A DNA stretch of 63,429 nucleotides from a virus (lineage: Duplodnaviria; Caudoviricetes), in IMG/VR virus record IMGVR_UViG_3300046804_004277, positions 1-63,429 of that record; one strand, given 5' to 3'. A program made the translations under genes and the position numbers. This document shows, in pieces, positions 50,601 to 58,366 of the stretch (positions are counted from its first letter, which is position 1; each line of letters opens with the position of its first letter). The notes under the pieces were generated by a model. That model saw only the letters and a list, made by a program, of their open reading frames with translations, had not been told where the DNA came from and ran no database searches.

Positions 50601-53522
50601 TAATGTAGTTATTGGAGTAGTTTCATAAGTATAAGTTATTAATTCTCCATGATTGAATCCATGATTTTCAAAATTAACAGTATTATTAATTGTTGAAATT
50701 CCTGTAGGATTGACTCTTAATTTTCTATTCTCATATCCTATTCCACCATTTAAGATTTTAATATCAGTCAAAATCTTTTTAGGTTCAGTTTCAAATTTGT
50801 GAATACCTGAAGTTCCTATGGTAGTAAATCCTACAGTATTAATTCCAGATTTAAAATCATTAAGTTTTTCATAAAGTTGAATAGTCGTATCATTAATATA
50901 TTTTGCATAATATGGTGTTTGTGATTTTAATGCTCTTCCTTGATCTGTATTATTCGAATTAAATGTGCCAATTCCTAATGGGATATTATTATCTGGATTA
51001 TAATATATAATCTGACCATTACTAAGATTATGAGAAGATAGGAATGTGATTGTTTCTGAAGATATATCTACTCCACCACCATTACCAACTTGTTTAGCAT
51101 CAAATTTTATCTCTCTTCTTTGAATTTCTATAATTGGTTGAAATGATGCTCCTTTACCATTACCACCAGTTACATCAATTGATACTAAAGTATCTAAATT
51201 AAATTCTTGTGGATCAACAAATATTTTTTCAATAGTTCCATTAACTATTGGTTGAATTGATGCTATTCCAGAAGATATTGTTAGTAATGGGGGATTGATT
51301 ACATCATAATTTTTTCCACCATTCAAAACATTAACAGATTTTAATGGTCCATAATAAATTTTTTCATTTGATTTATAACTTGTCAATTCGACACCATTGA
51401 TCAACATTCCAATAGAACCTGGAGTTGTTAAATCTGGATTTCCATCGGCAATATTTTTATTAATTGGAAACTTTCTTAAAACTTTCTGGGGTGAAATAAT
51501 ATTGGTACTCTGATTGTTTAAAATAAATGAATGTTCTCCAGATGTTAAAGAACCAAATTGGATATAATCTTCAGACCCAATAAATGATTTTGACTTATAT
51601 AGTCTGATTTGTTTCTTATCATCCAATACCTCAACATAATAATTTCCTTCAGATAATCCAGAAATTGTAGAATTTTCTGGACGATAATAAATTTCCGATC
51701 CGCTCAAAAATGAAACTTTTTGTGAAAAATTGACAATAGAGTACAAACCATTTTGTGATTCTTCTTCAGATGAAGAGGATACTGATGATGCAATATATCT
51801 AAAAGTATTTTTTGTTATTTGATAAGATGGTAAAGAATTGGATGCTACATATGCATAATCACTTGCTCTATCAAAATAAACATTTTGAACATCTGCAAAC
51901 AGAGAATTAAATTCTAAAGCAGTTGCGGATGTGGAAGATGTTTTAATATTTCTTCGAATGTCATAATCTTTATTTTGATTTAAAGTAAAATTGCCAGATG
52001 TTGTTACTTGTTTATTTGTTATTTCAGTAATGGATAATTCAGTAGCAACTAAAATCTCAGTATCTCTTTCTAAAATATCAATCTTATCTCCAACCTTTAA
52101 TCTAGATTTATCAATATCACTACTCAGGTTGACCTGAGATATTGTTCCTGTATTAAAACTTGATATTTGGAATCTTGAACTAGTATTATAGATCCAACTA
52201 TTTGCAAAAATTTGTTTATCTGATGAATTTGATGCTGGATTAGTAACCACATCGCCAAGATATTTGATTCCTATCTGTTCGTTTTCTTCAATTGGACCTA
52301 ATTGTAAGGTGGAAGAAAAATTAGATAGAACTCCCGTCAATCTTAATTCAACCTTCTTAGTAGTATCTCCATTTTCATACCCATAATATGTCTCATCTGA
52401 GCGAACAATGCCAGTTTTTGCTACTGCTTCTACAATGCCAGTACATCCAAAAAATTGATTTATACTTTTACTGGTATATGATGCGACATTATCACCGAGA
52501 TAAATTGTTCCAGTTTGACCAAAACCAATTGTCGAATCTACAGTAATGATCTCTGCATTAGGTTCTACATCTTCTATAAGTTTTGTAGAACCAGTAATAT
52601 TAAAAGTTCCTGTAATTGTTGGGGAAGCATCATCATATCCAACAAAAATCATCAATTTATAATAATTTTTTCCACCGCTTGTTATAATTTCAACTTCTGA
52701 TACAGATGCACTTGTATTCTCATCTGTAGATTTTTTGATTGTTTGTCCAACTAATAATGAAGGATCACCAGAAATTCTTTCTGCAACCATTACCTCCCTT
52801 TGAATAAATTTTGCGGAAGATGGTTTAATTAAAAATTGCTCCAAATCAACTACTTTTGGAGTCTCACCATATAGTACATTGAATAGAATTCTAAATGATT
52901 CATCAGTACCTTTAGTCTGATATAGTGTTTTAGATTCCTTTATAAAGTTTCCTACATGTAAATCTGAAACAAAATCACTATTTTCAAGACCAGGTGTAAG
53001 AGTATATTTTAATTTTTTATAAAATTCTTGTAAAAACTGGGAACTTAGATTAATTACTGTTGAATTGCTAGAATGGGAAGCAGATGAAGTCTCTGAAAAA
53101 ACTAATTCTTCACGATTTAAATCTTGATGATAACTGGTGATTCCACTAAATCCACGAATACAACCTGTAAATGTATTTGTAGTAATGCCAGTATATGTTA
53201 TTACTTCATCATCAATTTTAAGAAGTCCATATGATGGTGGAAATCCTTTAGTACTTGTTACTGTAATGATCCCAACAGTAGAAGTGATATTAGTACTAAG
53301 ACCAACTTTACCTACTATGACTTCTGGAATTAAATTATCCAGATTCAAATACTGGTCTAAATTCTCAGCAATATCTACAGGACCACCTTGATATTCTTGA
53401 GAAATGTAATATTGCTTTAGAAATTCCGCAACCTTTGGACTTTCATCTAGGATAAATCCTGGCAATTGATTTTCAATTATCTGCTGTACTTTTATCCTTG
53501 ATTCAAAACCAGTTTGTATCAT
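41610..53522 (-). CDS. g7: Baseplate wedge initiator, expanded (3970 aa)
   Basis: Between g6 and g8; KGTDESFRILF, HSPIIGWAYDGNPIYG and DNDYYQNLSY motifs; many GxGY repeats. Confidence 0.85.
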   Translation of the reverse strand: MIQTGFESRIKVQQIIENQLPGFILDESPKVAEFLKQYYISQEYQGGPVDIAENLDQYLNLDNLIPEVIVGKVGLSTNITSTVGIITVTSTKGFPPSYGLLKIDDEVITYTGITTNTFTGCIRGFSGITSYHQDLNREELVFSETSSASHSSNSTVINLSSQFLQEFYKKLKYTLTPGLENSDFVSDLHVGNFIKESKTLYQTKGTDESFRILFNVLYGETPKVVDLEQFLIKPSSAKFIQREVMVAERISGDPSLLVGQTIKKSTDENTSASVSEVEIITSGGKNYYKLMIFVGYDDASPTITGTFNITGSTKLIEDVEPNAEIITVDSTIGFGQTGTIYLGDNVASYTSKSINQFFGCTGIVEAVAKTGIVRSDETYYGYENGDTTKKVELRLTGVLSNFSSTLQLGPIEENEQIGIKYLGDVVTNPASNSSDKQIFANSWIYNTSSRFQISSFNTGTISQVNLSSDIDKSRLKVGDKIDILERDTEILVATELSITEITNKQVTTSGNFTLNQNKDYDIRRNIKTSSTSATALEFNSLFADVQNVYFDRASDYAYVASNSLPSYQITKNTFRYIASSVSSSSEEESQNGLYSIVNFSQKVSFLSGSEIYYRPENSTISGLSEGNYYVEVLDDKKQIRLYKSKSFIGSEDYIQFGSLTSGEHSFILNNQSTNIISPQKVLRKFPINKNIADGNPDLTTPGSIGMLINGVELTSYKSNEKIYYGPLKSVNVLNGGKNYDVINPPLLTISSGIASIQPIVNGTIEKIFVDPQEFNLDTLVSIDVTGGNGKGASFQPIIEIQRREIKFDAKQVGNGGGVDISSETITFLSSHNLSNGQIIYYNPDNNIPLGIGTFNSNNTDQGRALKSQTPYYAKYINDTTIQLYEKLNDFKSGINTVGFTTIGTSGIHKFETEPKKILTDIKILNGGIGYENRKLRVNPTGISTINNTVNFENHGFNHGELITYTYETTPITTLSSDNQYYVLKVNDNSFRLSDAGIGGTDNSNYQREKYVKFDHTGSGYQIFNYPEIVTTINYTISGIGSTSISGTINAYPVVRGQIVGAYVYDNGSDYGSTILNLHKKPTISVKNGKNAQIVPIVSDGKIIDTSIQYGGIEYYSTPNLKVNGTGSGCILRPVIVDNKITDVVIITSGSGYDSNTTITVEPSGTGVLFDPQVRSLEINTNVFYGIEDSVSGTRKESNELLINSKNNLQYSISGYFQNLQNEFNDTGVNHSPIIGWAYDGNPIYGSYGYSNPKQISPIKKLVSGYTANISNIENRPSGFDLGFFVDDYKFTSSGDLDVYNGRFCITPEFPNGVYAYFATSTLDIFGTPVGQFPYFVGNYYRSKFISENVYLNQSFDFNNSKLIRNTFPYNINNEYGGNDFIIESNEIINQRTSAESVTSGTVTNLNIIEGGSDYKVGDNLKFDETGTGGGGLIAQVSKVHGKDIVDLQTTVTSYQDAIFTWKGGNQIQVSIPPQHSIENLDTVTISGFSTSLSELNDSHQVTVAPHSSILIKDIPAYSLAGVVTDVYVSTIPDNISIGSSITIENETLSVLNVFNELNVVRVVRESTGLAHTASTAVNFIPDSFTINYKTDYFDSKVNEKIYFNPKQSVGVGTTPGIGIPLTYTVGTKDYQISVPTQSIFIPNHPFQTNQEVTFGNIGAASSIIVSYIESGSTYNLPISGNEQKVYIIKKSKDYIGIVTQVGLTTTSNGVFFLNNGSNYYQYFLTSNHTQVKGNVDKIKTIVSVSTAHGLYSGDLISLNSHPNLSVGIGTSISLYVKYDSSRERLLINPIDFTSSGIDTSSNIITVNSHNLDTGDKVLYSSSGSVAAGLSTGFYFVYKVDNNRIKLCDTYIDSITIPPTVVDITSVGATNQKLSPVNPKLNVIKNNNLVFNLSDSSLSGFDFKLYFDKDFTDEFVSTGSTTILSTSGVGTVGVSTNASITLNYSEGLPTKLYYSLEKSGYITTADNEVKNHSEINFIDSEYNGDYIISGVGTTTFNIVLDAIPEKLSYNQSECDTLEYYTNSTTASGAIKNIRIISGGNEFKKLPIFTGSDSVNGEGAYIICQSDSVGNINQTKILNEGFEYPSDKTLSPKASIPLTLTLSSSNTISNINVLDGGKNYTQSPNLIIVDPNTGEKIDSGLLSPNFVGNGIVSVNIVNEPKGLPSQTVKIRSINNTNGVGIQSITTSASGIATCILVTPLLGFNVEPFTIGDKIYVEGVQQYGTDGDGFNSENYGYEFFTVTNYSNAGTFEPRQLTFSVAGFTTNAGIAKTAQNSYGYIVNYKDYPKFEVIQKLSSFIIGEYLSVLVSGQFVETDLRIIQYNKTNIKVEGNYQLSQYSTIRGIQSGSIATIDSIVENYGEFEISYSSRQKIGWSDNTGSLDSDFQVISDNDYYQNLSYSLKSSQTWENIISPVNNILHPRGLKNFADTEITSSVGFGTTASIEYTSLLYDIINENRVDTINNFDLVLDVDLPTPNSSKSIKFKNKKLADYIKCSTNRVLQIDDISSLFSSSELDSTTIFSNIFDISPSKKYNRFLIQVSNDSNSQVEFKEIVTINDNQDIFTLEKGRISNTDIEISDIYGYKDEFENYYLKFNPSDVYDNDYKIKVLSNTFNNYETGIGTYSIGFVNLINSNSIVGVGSTVTIVSAPIGNLQSIFSNIHILDNMNSEMNYVELFVDHDGTNTNISEYYFDSNDDYSSNFIGSFGASISNNIVTLNYTNTTNNQVTLRSKNVGFGSTSIGISTYRFKSSEQPDQYERTVTYNSNYNKVSAASTIVSLSKSLFTSLKSTIRVSIGQTSSLHQVMMIHDGTNVYTSQYPFLSIGSTSGIGTFGGEYNGNLVNLKFYPDSDLSGTFTILSFNESFYTDLDLDNIPQDLTYSNITESVNSLKYISVNSENKNRLDFDLNYQQYPIFQKTFNPTNTSILNYSTGEFKISNHFFSTGEELIYTPSSSFIGLTAAAVGIGSTLNSVGIVTNILPTKVFAIKINNDVFKLSTRKDYAQAGIYVTFTSVGDGNYHKLEMVKKNEKSIITINNIIQHPITYSLVTHNLGNCGQIGTASTLISLTGISSISTNNLLKIDNEYMKVLNVGFGTTSSGPISFAGTFPLVEVKRGFVGSSATSHNIGTSVYIYSGSFNISGNKIYFTEAPRGKVFDDTFDNLPSPKSYFTGRVFLKNDYSSNQVYDDISTKFTGIGQTYTLTSQGINTVGLTSTGGNGIVLINGIFQTPTTQNNKNNNYLIQENTNLGISSIVFSGITSTDGSVVVSNYEINRNQLPRGGMIVSLGSTPGLGFAPLVGASVTARVSSGSIISVGIGTSGNFGSGYRNPVSVAVTDSSHTGTAATITATVGAGGTLSFNIVGGGTGYVNPIINISSPSYENLPVIGVSRLGIGTTTDTGIGLLLNVEVGASSTVGVGSTLFEVTSFKITRPGYGFKKGDVIKPVGLVTARELASPLNDFTLTILDTFTDSFSAWQFGELDYIDSIASLQDGKRRRFPLYYNSQLLSFEKDSSNSDSQLIDFDSLFIIFINGILQEPKYAYEFTGGTSFTFNVPPKVEDKVSIFFYRASSSDSSIVNITETIKPGDDLQVFSNNNNLGITTTQNSRVLTTIKTSDTIDTNTYNSQGIDITNYKPISWSKQKVDKFIDGTFISKSRDSIEPQIYPTAKIIKDFSTTDTSLFVDDAQFFNYENEVSIDFNAFIVSGAPDPVSAAVIAIVSAAGTIQSLSITNPGSGYIGNSINVKFASPLTVGVSTSLPMGVGIGIGTVASATITVSNGSLTTPITITNPGLGYSIGMEPQVIVPLPDPIYENISNVSTVEGFSGSIVGIATTVGIGTALAIKFTLNSSLSPFTGLSAGNPIYIFNTKVGNGVTSIYTKNTAIVGVGTTFLDNIYNISAFSASTGIITCNIQSTSSIVGIATTGSTVGQFSWGRLSGFTRSSSPISIAVSSYKTDIGLSTFPTIQRRGYGFNNSGALEKNL

Positions 53523-53523
53523 A

Positions 53524-55449
53524 TTACGACCTCGTTAGTTCCCCGTTCGAATAGCTTGATCTATAGTAATCTTTTGTTGAAAATACTGCTCCAGATGCAT
53601 CATCACCAGATGCAATAACATCTTTAATCATATTTATCGAACTTTTTGAAACATCAAATGAGATATAAAGATCTTTAAGTCCAATCACATCATTTGATTC
53701 TGGGAAAGCTTGAATTTCAATAATGTCAGCATCTAGTGATGTTGATGTAACGTTTAAGGTTCCAATCATAATCTCACCAGTTTCATAATTAACTGTTCCA
53801 GCAGATTTGGATACAACTATCGTTTTTAATTCTTGTGTCGATCCAACAGATACTGTAATTGGATTTTCTTTTACTATAGAAATTACTCCAGTTTTTAAAT
53901 CCGAATTTGGAACATCCGTAAAATAAACAGTATCGGATTCCCCAGCAATTTTAAATCCAGTTGATTTAATATTCTTTCCCGCAGGATTTGCATGGAATCG
54001 ATTGCCATAACAAATTTCATACTGGGTTGGTATTTTGATATTTGCTTTCATATCTCTTCTAATTCTTACTTTCGTAATATTAGAAGTAATTGCACTGTCA
54101 GTATTATCAATTACTTGAAGAACCTTACTATATTTAAATCTTCCTCCGAAAGATCCAAGATTAGGAGATTTTGAATAAGATATGAGGGAATTTTGTACTT
54201 TTGTTTTTAAATCTTCTACGTTGCCAACATTAGAATTGTTATAATAAATTGAAGAATCAATCTCAACATATAAGACTTTTAAATCAATAATTTCTGGATT
54301 AATCCCTGCGATTGTATATTGCTTTAATTTATTTTGAATCTGTATTTTGTTAAAGTCTGAAACATAAGTTCCATTCTTTGGTTTAATGCTAATTACAACT
54401 TTACCATATTGTGGTGGATTTAATTCTTCTCCACCAACTACAGATACTGATTCAGTATCTGGATATATTTTATCTTTAATAATTGCCTCGTAGTCTCTTG
54501 CAGTAACAGCTCTATATTGTGAAGAATATATTCTTGGTGCAAAATATTTGATTGAATCTATTCCTTCAATCTCATCACCATTTTGAGATTTTTGATTCGT
54601 AGTTACTGTAATCGTATTTGTTGGAATAATTGTATTATTGCTCGCATCCTTAAAAGTACCTGCAAAAGAAAATTTATCTGCACCATTACCATTTTTCCCA
54701 TCAGTCACAATATAAGTAGCTGTGATTATAGAATTATTTTCTAATTTCTTTCCAAAATACCCATCTCCAAAGAAAAGTTCATATTTTTCATCTTGAATTT
54801 CTTGAAGTAAGTAAGTTTCAGATGCAGAATCAATTTTAAAAATATTATCTATCAGCGAATACTTTCTTCCTAATCCACTATCACTTGGAGATTTAACATA
54901 TGCAACAATTGTGTTAGTATCAATATAGGAGTTGTTTAAAATAAATCTTTGATCTAATGATCCGTCTACTGTAAATTGTTTTTTAAGAAATGTTCCTTCA
55001 CTAATTTCAATCTGATTAAAAGTAGCAACACCATTAACCACATTTTGAGTAACATCAGATGGAACGGAGAATACATATGAAGTTCCATCCGCTGCACCAA
55101 CACACACCAATCCTGCCTGTAAAGTGAGTGTCGGAGTATCTACTGTAGTTGATGCACTAAAGGAAACAACTGCCTTTGAGGCAGTCCTAGAGCGAGGAAC
55201 GTAACCAATATTTCTTGCAAGAGCAACTACATTTTCTCTGAGTGTTGCAGAATCCAAAAAGGATTCATTCACAACCATATTAGAGTTAAATGCAGTAATA
55301 TATGTGTTATACGCTAAAGTATCAATCAATACAGAAAAATTAGACCCCTCAAAGTCAAAATCCGTAAAATTAGAATTTGCACGGAGATAATCTTTGATGG
55401 AGGTCTTGATTTGATCAAAATCTAAATTAGCAAACTTTGTAAAAGGCAT
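53524..55449 (-). CDS. g6: Baseplate wedge subunit
   Basis: LDFDQIK, DFEGSN, ESFLDSATLRENVV and QYRAVTARDY motifs. Confidence 0.96.
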   Translation of the reverse strand: MPFTKFANLDFDQIKTSIKDYLRANSNFTDFDFEGSNFSVLIDTLAYNTYITAFNSNMVVNESFLDSATLRENVVALARNIGYVPRSRTASKAVVSFSASTTVDTPTLTLQAGLVCVGAADGTSYVFSVPSDVTQNVVNGVATFNQIEISEGTFLKKQFTVDGSLDQRFILNNSYIDTNTIVAYVKSPSDSGLGRKYSLIDNIFKIDSASETYLLQEIQDEKYELFFGDGYFGKKLENNSIITATYIVTDGKNGNGADKFSFAGTFKDASNNTIIPTNTITVTTNQKSQNGDEIEGIDSIKYFAPRIYSSQYRAVTARDYEAIIKDKIYPDTESVSVVGGEELNPPQYGKVVISIKPKNGTYVSDFNKIQIQNKLKQYTIAGINPEIIDLKVLYVEIDSSIYYNNSNVGNVEDLKTKVQNSLISYSKSPNLGSFGGRFKYSKVLQVIDNTDSAITSNITKVRIRRDMKANIKIPTQYEICYGNRFHANPAGKNIKSTGFKIAGESDTVYFTDVPNSDLKTGVISIVKENPITVSVGSTQELKTIVVSKSAGTVNYETGEIMIGTLNVTSTSLDADIIEIQAFPESNDVIGLKDLYISFDVSKSSINMIKDVIASGDDASGAVFSTKDYYRSSYSNGELTRS

Positions 55450-55450
55450 T

Positions 55451-55852
55451 TTATCCCGTTGCCTCTAGTATGAATGAAAACTGTTGTGTAGGAATTTCTT
55501 GCCCTATAATATCAAAATTAATTGTAACTTCAAAATTATTAATGTCTGGTTGAGGATTTACTTCAACATTCACATTTGTGACCCTTGGTTCATAATTTGA
55601 AACTGCAACAAGAATTTGATCTCTAATAACTGAAGCAGTACCAAAATCTACAAATTCAAATAAACTGGAACGAACATTTGAACCAATTGTAGAATTAAAA
55701 AATCTTTCAGTTGGAATTGTTTCAACTATATTTCGAACAGAACGTATAATTGCAGTTTCATTCTTAAGAATTGGTAAATCCTTAGTCACAGGATGAGGCT
55801 CAAAGGATAAACTAATATCTTTAAATGATCTAGATATCCTAGTAATTGCCAT
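55451..55852 (-). CDS. g25: Baseplate wedge subunit (sheath initiator)
   Basis: FKDISLSF..HPVT.D, ERFFN and NYEPRV motifs. Confidence 0.93.
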   Translation of the reverse strand: MAITRISRSFKDISLSFEPHPVTKDLPILKNETAIIRSVRNIVETIPTERFFNSTIGSNVRSSLFEFVDFGTASVIRDQILVAVSNYEPRVTNVNVEVNPQPDINNFEVTINFDIIGQEIPTQQFSFILEATG

Positions 55853-55882
55853 CGGACATAAAATTTCTTAATTTATTTATGT

Positions 55883-56125
55883 TCATTTCCAAGGAGATCC
55901 ATAGACTGGCTCTGTTCCATAGGACCAATCATCATAATCTTCATCATTTCTGATTTTTTCGTGCAACTCAACTTGCTTTTTAAAGTCATGCTTTGGCGCC
56001 AAATCGTGCATAACCTCTTGTATGACTCTTTTGGGAGGTTGATTATCATAATCTGTAATCAATCTTGTGGTTCCCCACATTTGATGCATATAATTACTGT
56101 CTCTATCGACTGGTAAATTAGACAT
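55883..56125 (-). CDS. Hypothetical protein
   Basis: ORF with AGGAG RBS. Confidence 0.7.
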   Translation of the reverse strand: MSNLPVDRDSNYMHQMWGTTRLITDYDNQPPKRVIQEVMHDLAPKHDFKKQVELHEKIRNDEDYDDWSYGTEPVYGSPWK

Positions 56126-56192
56126 TTTAGCTCCTGTTTTAATGAATAAAACAGAACTTTTATGAAGGAGGTTGCTATCTCCTATTGTCTAT

Positions 56193-56519
56193 TTAACGAT
56201 CTATTTCTCTGATGCTATAATTGTCCGAATTCAGATATTTTAACAACTCTAAAGCAATTAATTTGGGATTTCCCTCTCCACATGTATAGACATCAATCGC
56301 TATACAACCTTCTTCTGGCCAAGTATGACAAGAAACGTGACTTTCTGAGAGTGCAATGACAATTGTACATCCTTGTGGAACGAAACAGTGCTGATAAATG
56401 TTGAGAATCGTCATTCCAGCACGTTTAATTCCGTTCTCCATCACCTCTTGAATGGTAATTCCATCATTTAAGAGGTCAAATTTAACATCATACACCTCTA
56501 ACAGGAGGTGTTTACCCAT
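56193..56519 (-). CDS. speD: S-adenosylmethionine decarboxylase proenzyme
   Basis: Probable start MGKHLLLEVY at 56519; LSESHVSCHTWPE pyruvoyl cleavage motif; DVYTCG. Confidence 0.93.
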   Translation of the reverse strand: MGKHLLLEVYDVKFDLLNDGITIQEVMENGIKRAGMTILNIYQHCFVPQGCTIVIALSESHVSCHTWPEEGCIAIDVYTCGEGNPKLIALELLKYLNSDNYSIREIDR

Positions 56520-56569
56520 CGAAAAGCGTTTCAAGGCATCAAAACCCACTAAAAATTTATTTATTTTAC

Positions 56570-56596
56570 AAAAAAAGCGGGAATTACCCGCTTTTT
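56570..56596. terminator. Bidirectional-looking Rho-independent terminator
   Basis: AAAAAAGCGGG-AATTA-CCCGCTTTTT. Confidence 0.8.
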
Positions 56597-56616
56597 GAAC
56601 TTTCTTTAGTTTTATA

Positions 56617-56766
56617 TTATCCTTTACCCTGACCCCTATACTTCTTACGTGCTCCATTACGAGAAGAAGCAGCATACTTAGTCCCTCCTCCGTCTCCTTG
56701 ACGAGACTTTTTAGGCGGTCCAGGAATATAAGAGCTCTTATTTAAACCAACTTTCGCCTTTGCCAT
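56617..56766 (-). CDS. Small basic protein (49 aa), not in ORF track
   Basis: MAKAKVGLNKSSYIPGPPKKSRQGDGGGTKYAASSRNGARKKYRGQGKG; GGAG RBS upstream. Confidence 0.75.
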   Translation of the reverse strand: MAKAKVGLNKSSYIPGPPKKSRQGDGGGTKYAASSRNGARKKYRGQGKG

Positions 56767-56933
56767 TCATGTTCTCCGATAATTTCAGTTTCAAGGTCTT
56801 CTGGGCATGGAGAACCTGTCTGATAATATTCAATTGACAGATCCTCCATGATATTGAAATATTCTTCTTCTGTAAGATTCGAGTATATTTTACGTCCTTT
56901 ACAAAGAATATTGTACATATTGTTATAAATCAA
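56742..56933 (-). CDS. Hypothetical protein
   Basis: ORF track; the start may be the internal MYNILC. Confidence 0.6.
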   Translation of the reverse strand: MIYNNMYNILCKGRKIYSNLTEEEYFNIMEDLSIEYYQTGSPCPEDLETEIIGEHEWQRRKLV

Positions 56934-57682
56934 ATAATTCTTGTTTTTTCGTGACCAACTCTGATACGAGGATCACACCAGATTTCAAAGCCTGCTTCCT
57001 TTGCATCCAAACAGAACGATACATCTTCTCCACACATATCTTGAACCTCACCAGATTCAAAGACTTGCATCTTCGGAGCAAACCAAGGATATTCCAGATT
57101 CTCAAAAACTCCTTTCTTAATTAAAACCCATCCAAAACCAGTATAGTCTACTGTGAAAGGTTTACGACGCTTTGAGATACTCTCAACAGTTTCATGATTC
57201 ATCACTCCACCATTGTTACGGAAGTCATCCTCCTCTAACCAATGAGCAACTGATGTAGTATGACCATCTTCGGTCGCATACCAACCAGCAGAGATGTCCT
57301 TATCCATTAAGATAAGTTGCCAAAACTTTTCAGTATTGAAAACAATATCAGAGTCAATCCAAAGTTGCCAATCATAAGGAAGTTTACCATCCCAAGGAAC
57401 TTGTTTCGGTCCACGCAGAACGTTCGCGCCTAAACATTTGCATCTTGCAAAATTTACCATCGATGAATAGTCTTGCGAGATTTGAATGCTTGCTCCTGCC
57501 TGCACTAAATCAAAACACAGTTGAACAAAACTCTTCAGGTAGGTATATGAAACTCCACGCCCAGGAAGACAAAAGACAATTGATTTGCCTCTTACCATTT
57601 CTTTTGCCAGAGCATAATCCCATTCTTCTTCTTGTGGTGCCGCACTGGGCGCCTTTGCCTTTACCGTAAATCCTTTTGCCAT
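56930..57682 (-). CDS. Glycosyltransferase-like protein (GT-A fold)
   Basis: WIDSD (DxD), GFGWVLI and GEDVSFC motifs, ending VGHEK. Confidence 0.75.
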   Translation of the reverse strand: MAKGFTVKAKAPSAAPQEEEWDYALAKEMVRGKSIVFCLPGRGVSYTYLKSFVQLCFDLVQAGASIQISQDYSSMVNFARCKCLGANVLRGPKQVPWDGKLPYDWQLWIDSDIVFNTEKFWQLILMDKDISAGWYATEDGHTTSVAHWLEEDDFRNNGGVMNHETVESISKRRKPFTVDYTGFGWVLIKKGVFENLEYPWFAPKMQVFESGEVQDMCGEDVSFCLDAKEAGFEIWCDPRIRVGHEKTRII

Positions 57683-57705
57683 AAAGATAAGTTGTTTACT
57701 TTCAT

Positions 57706-57734
57706 ATCATACAATATTATGTAGCATCTGTCAA
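57706..57734 (-). promoter_or_regulatory. Canonical sigma70 promoter TTGACA-N17-TATGAT
   Basis: Minus strand TTGACAgatgctacataatattgTATGAT. Confidence 0.8.
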
Positions 57735-57905
57735 TTAGTTTCTTTCTGACAGAATTAAGTCATCTCCGTCCATAGATATTCGGATTTCCGTATCCTCATA
57801 CCATTCAAGTTCATTCATAATTTGCTCTGGAAGAAATATAAAGTATTTGCCACTAATTGGATCGACCTGTACGGGCTCAAAAATTTCCTCGGAATTTTTT
57901 TGCAT
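57735..57905 (-). CDS. AbrB/MazE-like small DNA-binding protein (56 aa), not in ORF track
   Basis: MQKNSEEIFEPVQVDPISGKYLYFLPEQIMNELEWYEDTEIRISMDGDDLILSERN; swapped-hairpin pattern LP..I...L.W...T.I. Confidence 0.65.
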   Translation of the reverse strand: MQKNSEEIFEPVQVDPISGKYFIFLPEQIMNELEWYEDTEIRISMDGDDLILSERN

Positions 57906-58079
57906 TTTTTGTATTATAATTAACCTTTTTCAAGATTATATAGTATCAGGAATTTTTTGAGCAGAGAGATATTTAGAGGTCGATTTGGGTCGTTTATAGC
58001 TTAGGGTAGTGGTGCGTTTTTATATACGGGGGCGCGGCGCGGCACCCCCCACCCCCCGCCGACTGCCAAACACGAACGC

Positions 58080-58115
58080 ATAAGACTGCCCCCCACGAAT
58101 ATTCGTGAGAAGCAG
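58080..58115 (-). terminator. 13-bp RNA hairpin ending the early cluster
   Basis: CUGCUUCUCACGA-AUAU-UCGUGGGGGGCAG followed by UCUUAU; the three G-U pairs form only on the minus strand. Confidence 0.6.
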
Positions 58116-58127
58116 GGGGGCGACCCC

Positions 58128-58316
58128 TCACCCGAAGGTGGGGGTCTTTACGCTGTCGGCATGGGTCTCAGCATACTGGGCTGCCAGCACGGTGGCGGGC
58201 AACCCCCAGTGAATGTAGGCGGACGGGCGGGAACCGTTCTTCAACTGGTCAGCACGGGAGATCCACTTGATTTGGCGGGTCTGGAGGTCAGAGCACATGG
58301 CAAGGGGGAAACGCAT
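58128..58316 (-). CDS. Small early hypothetical protein
   Basis: Probable start MRFPLAMCSD downstream of a TACAAT -10 (58341-58346). Confidence 0.6.
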   Translation of the reverse strand: MRFPLAMCSDLQTRQIKWISRADQLKNGSRPSAYIHWGLPATVLAAQYAETHADSVKTPTFG

Positions 58317-58366
58317 CGGTCGTCTGTCGGTTGCTTTGGAATTGTAGGGCACGAACGGGGCAGGGG

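Noticed and set aside
56520-56675. N-terminal extension of speD in the ORF track
   Set aside because: It crosses a terminator and overlaps the small basic ORF; the SpeD-like sequence begins at MGKH (56519).
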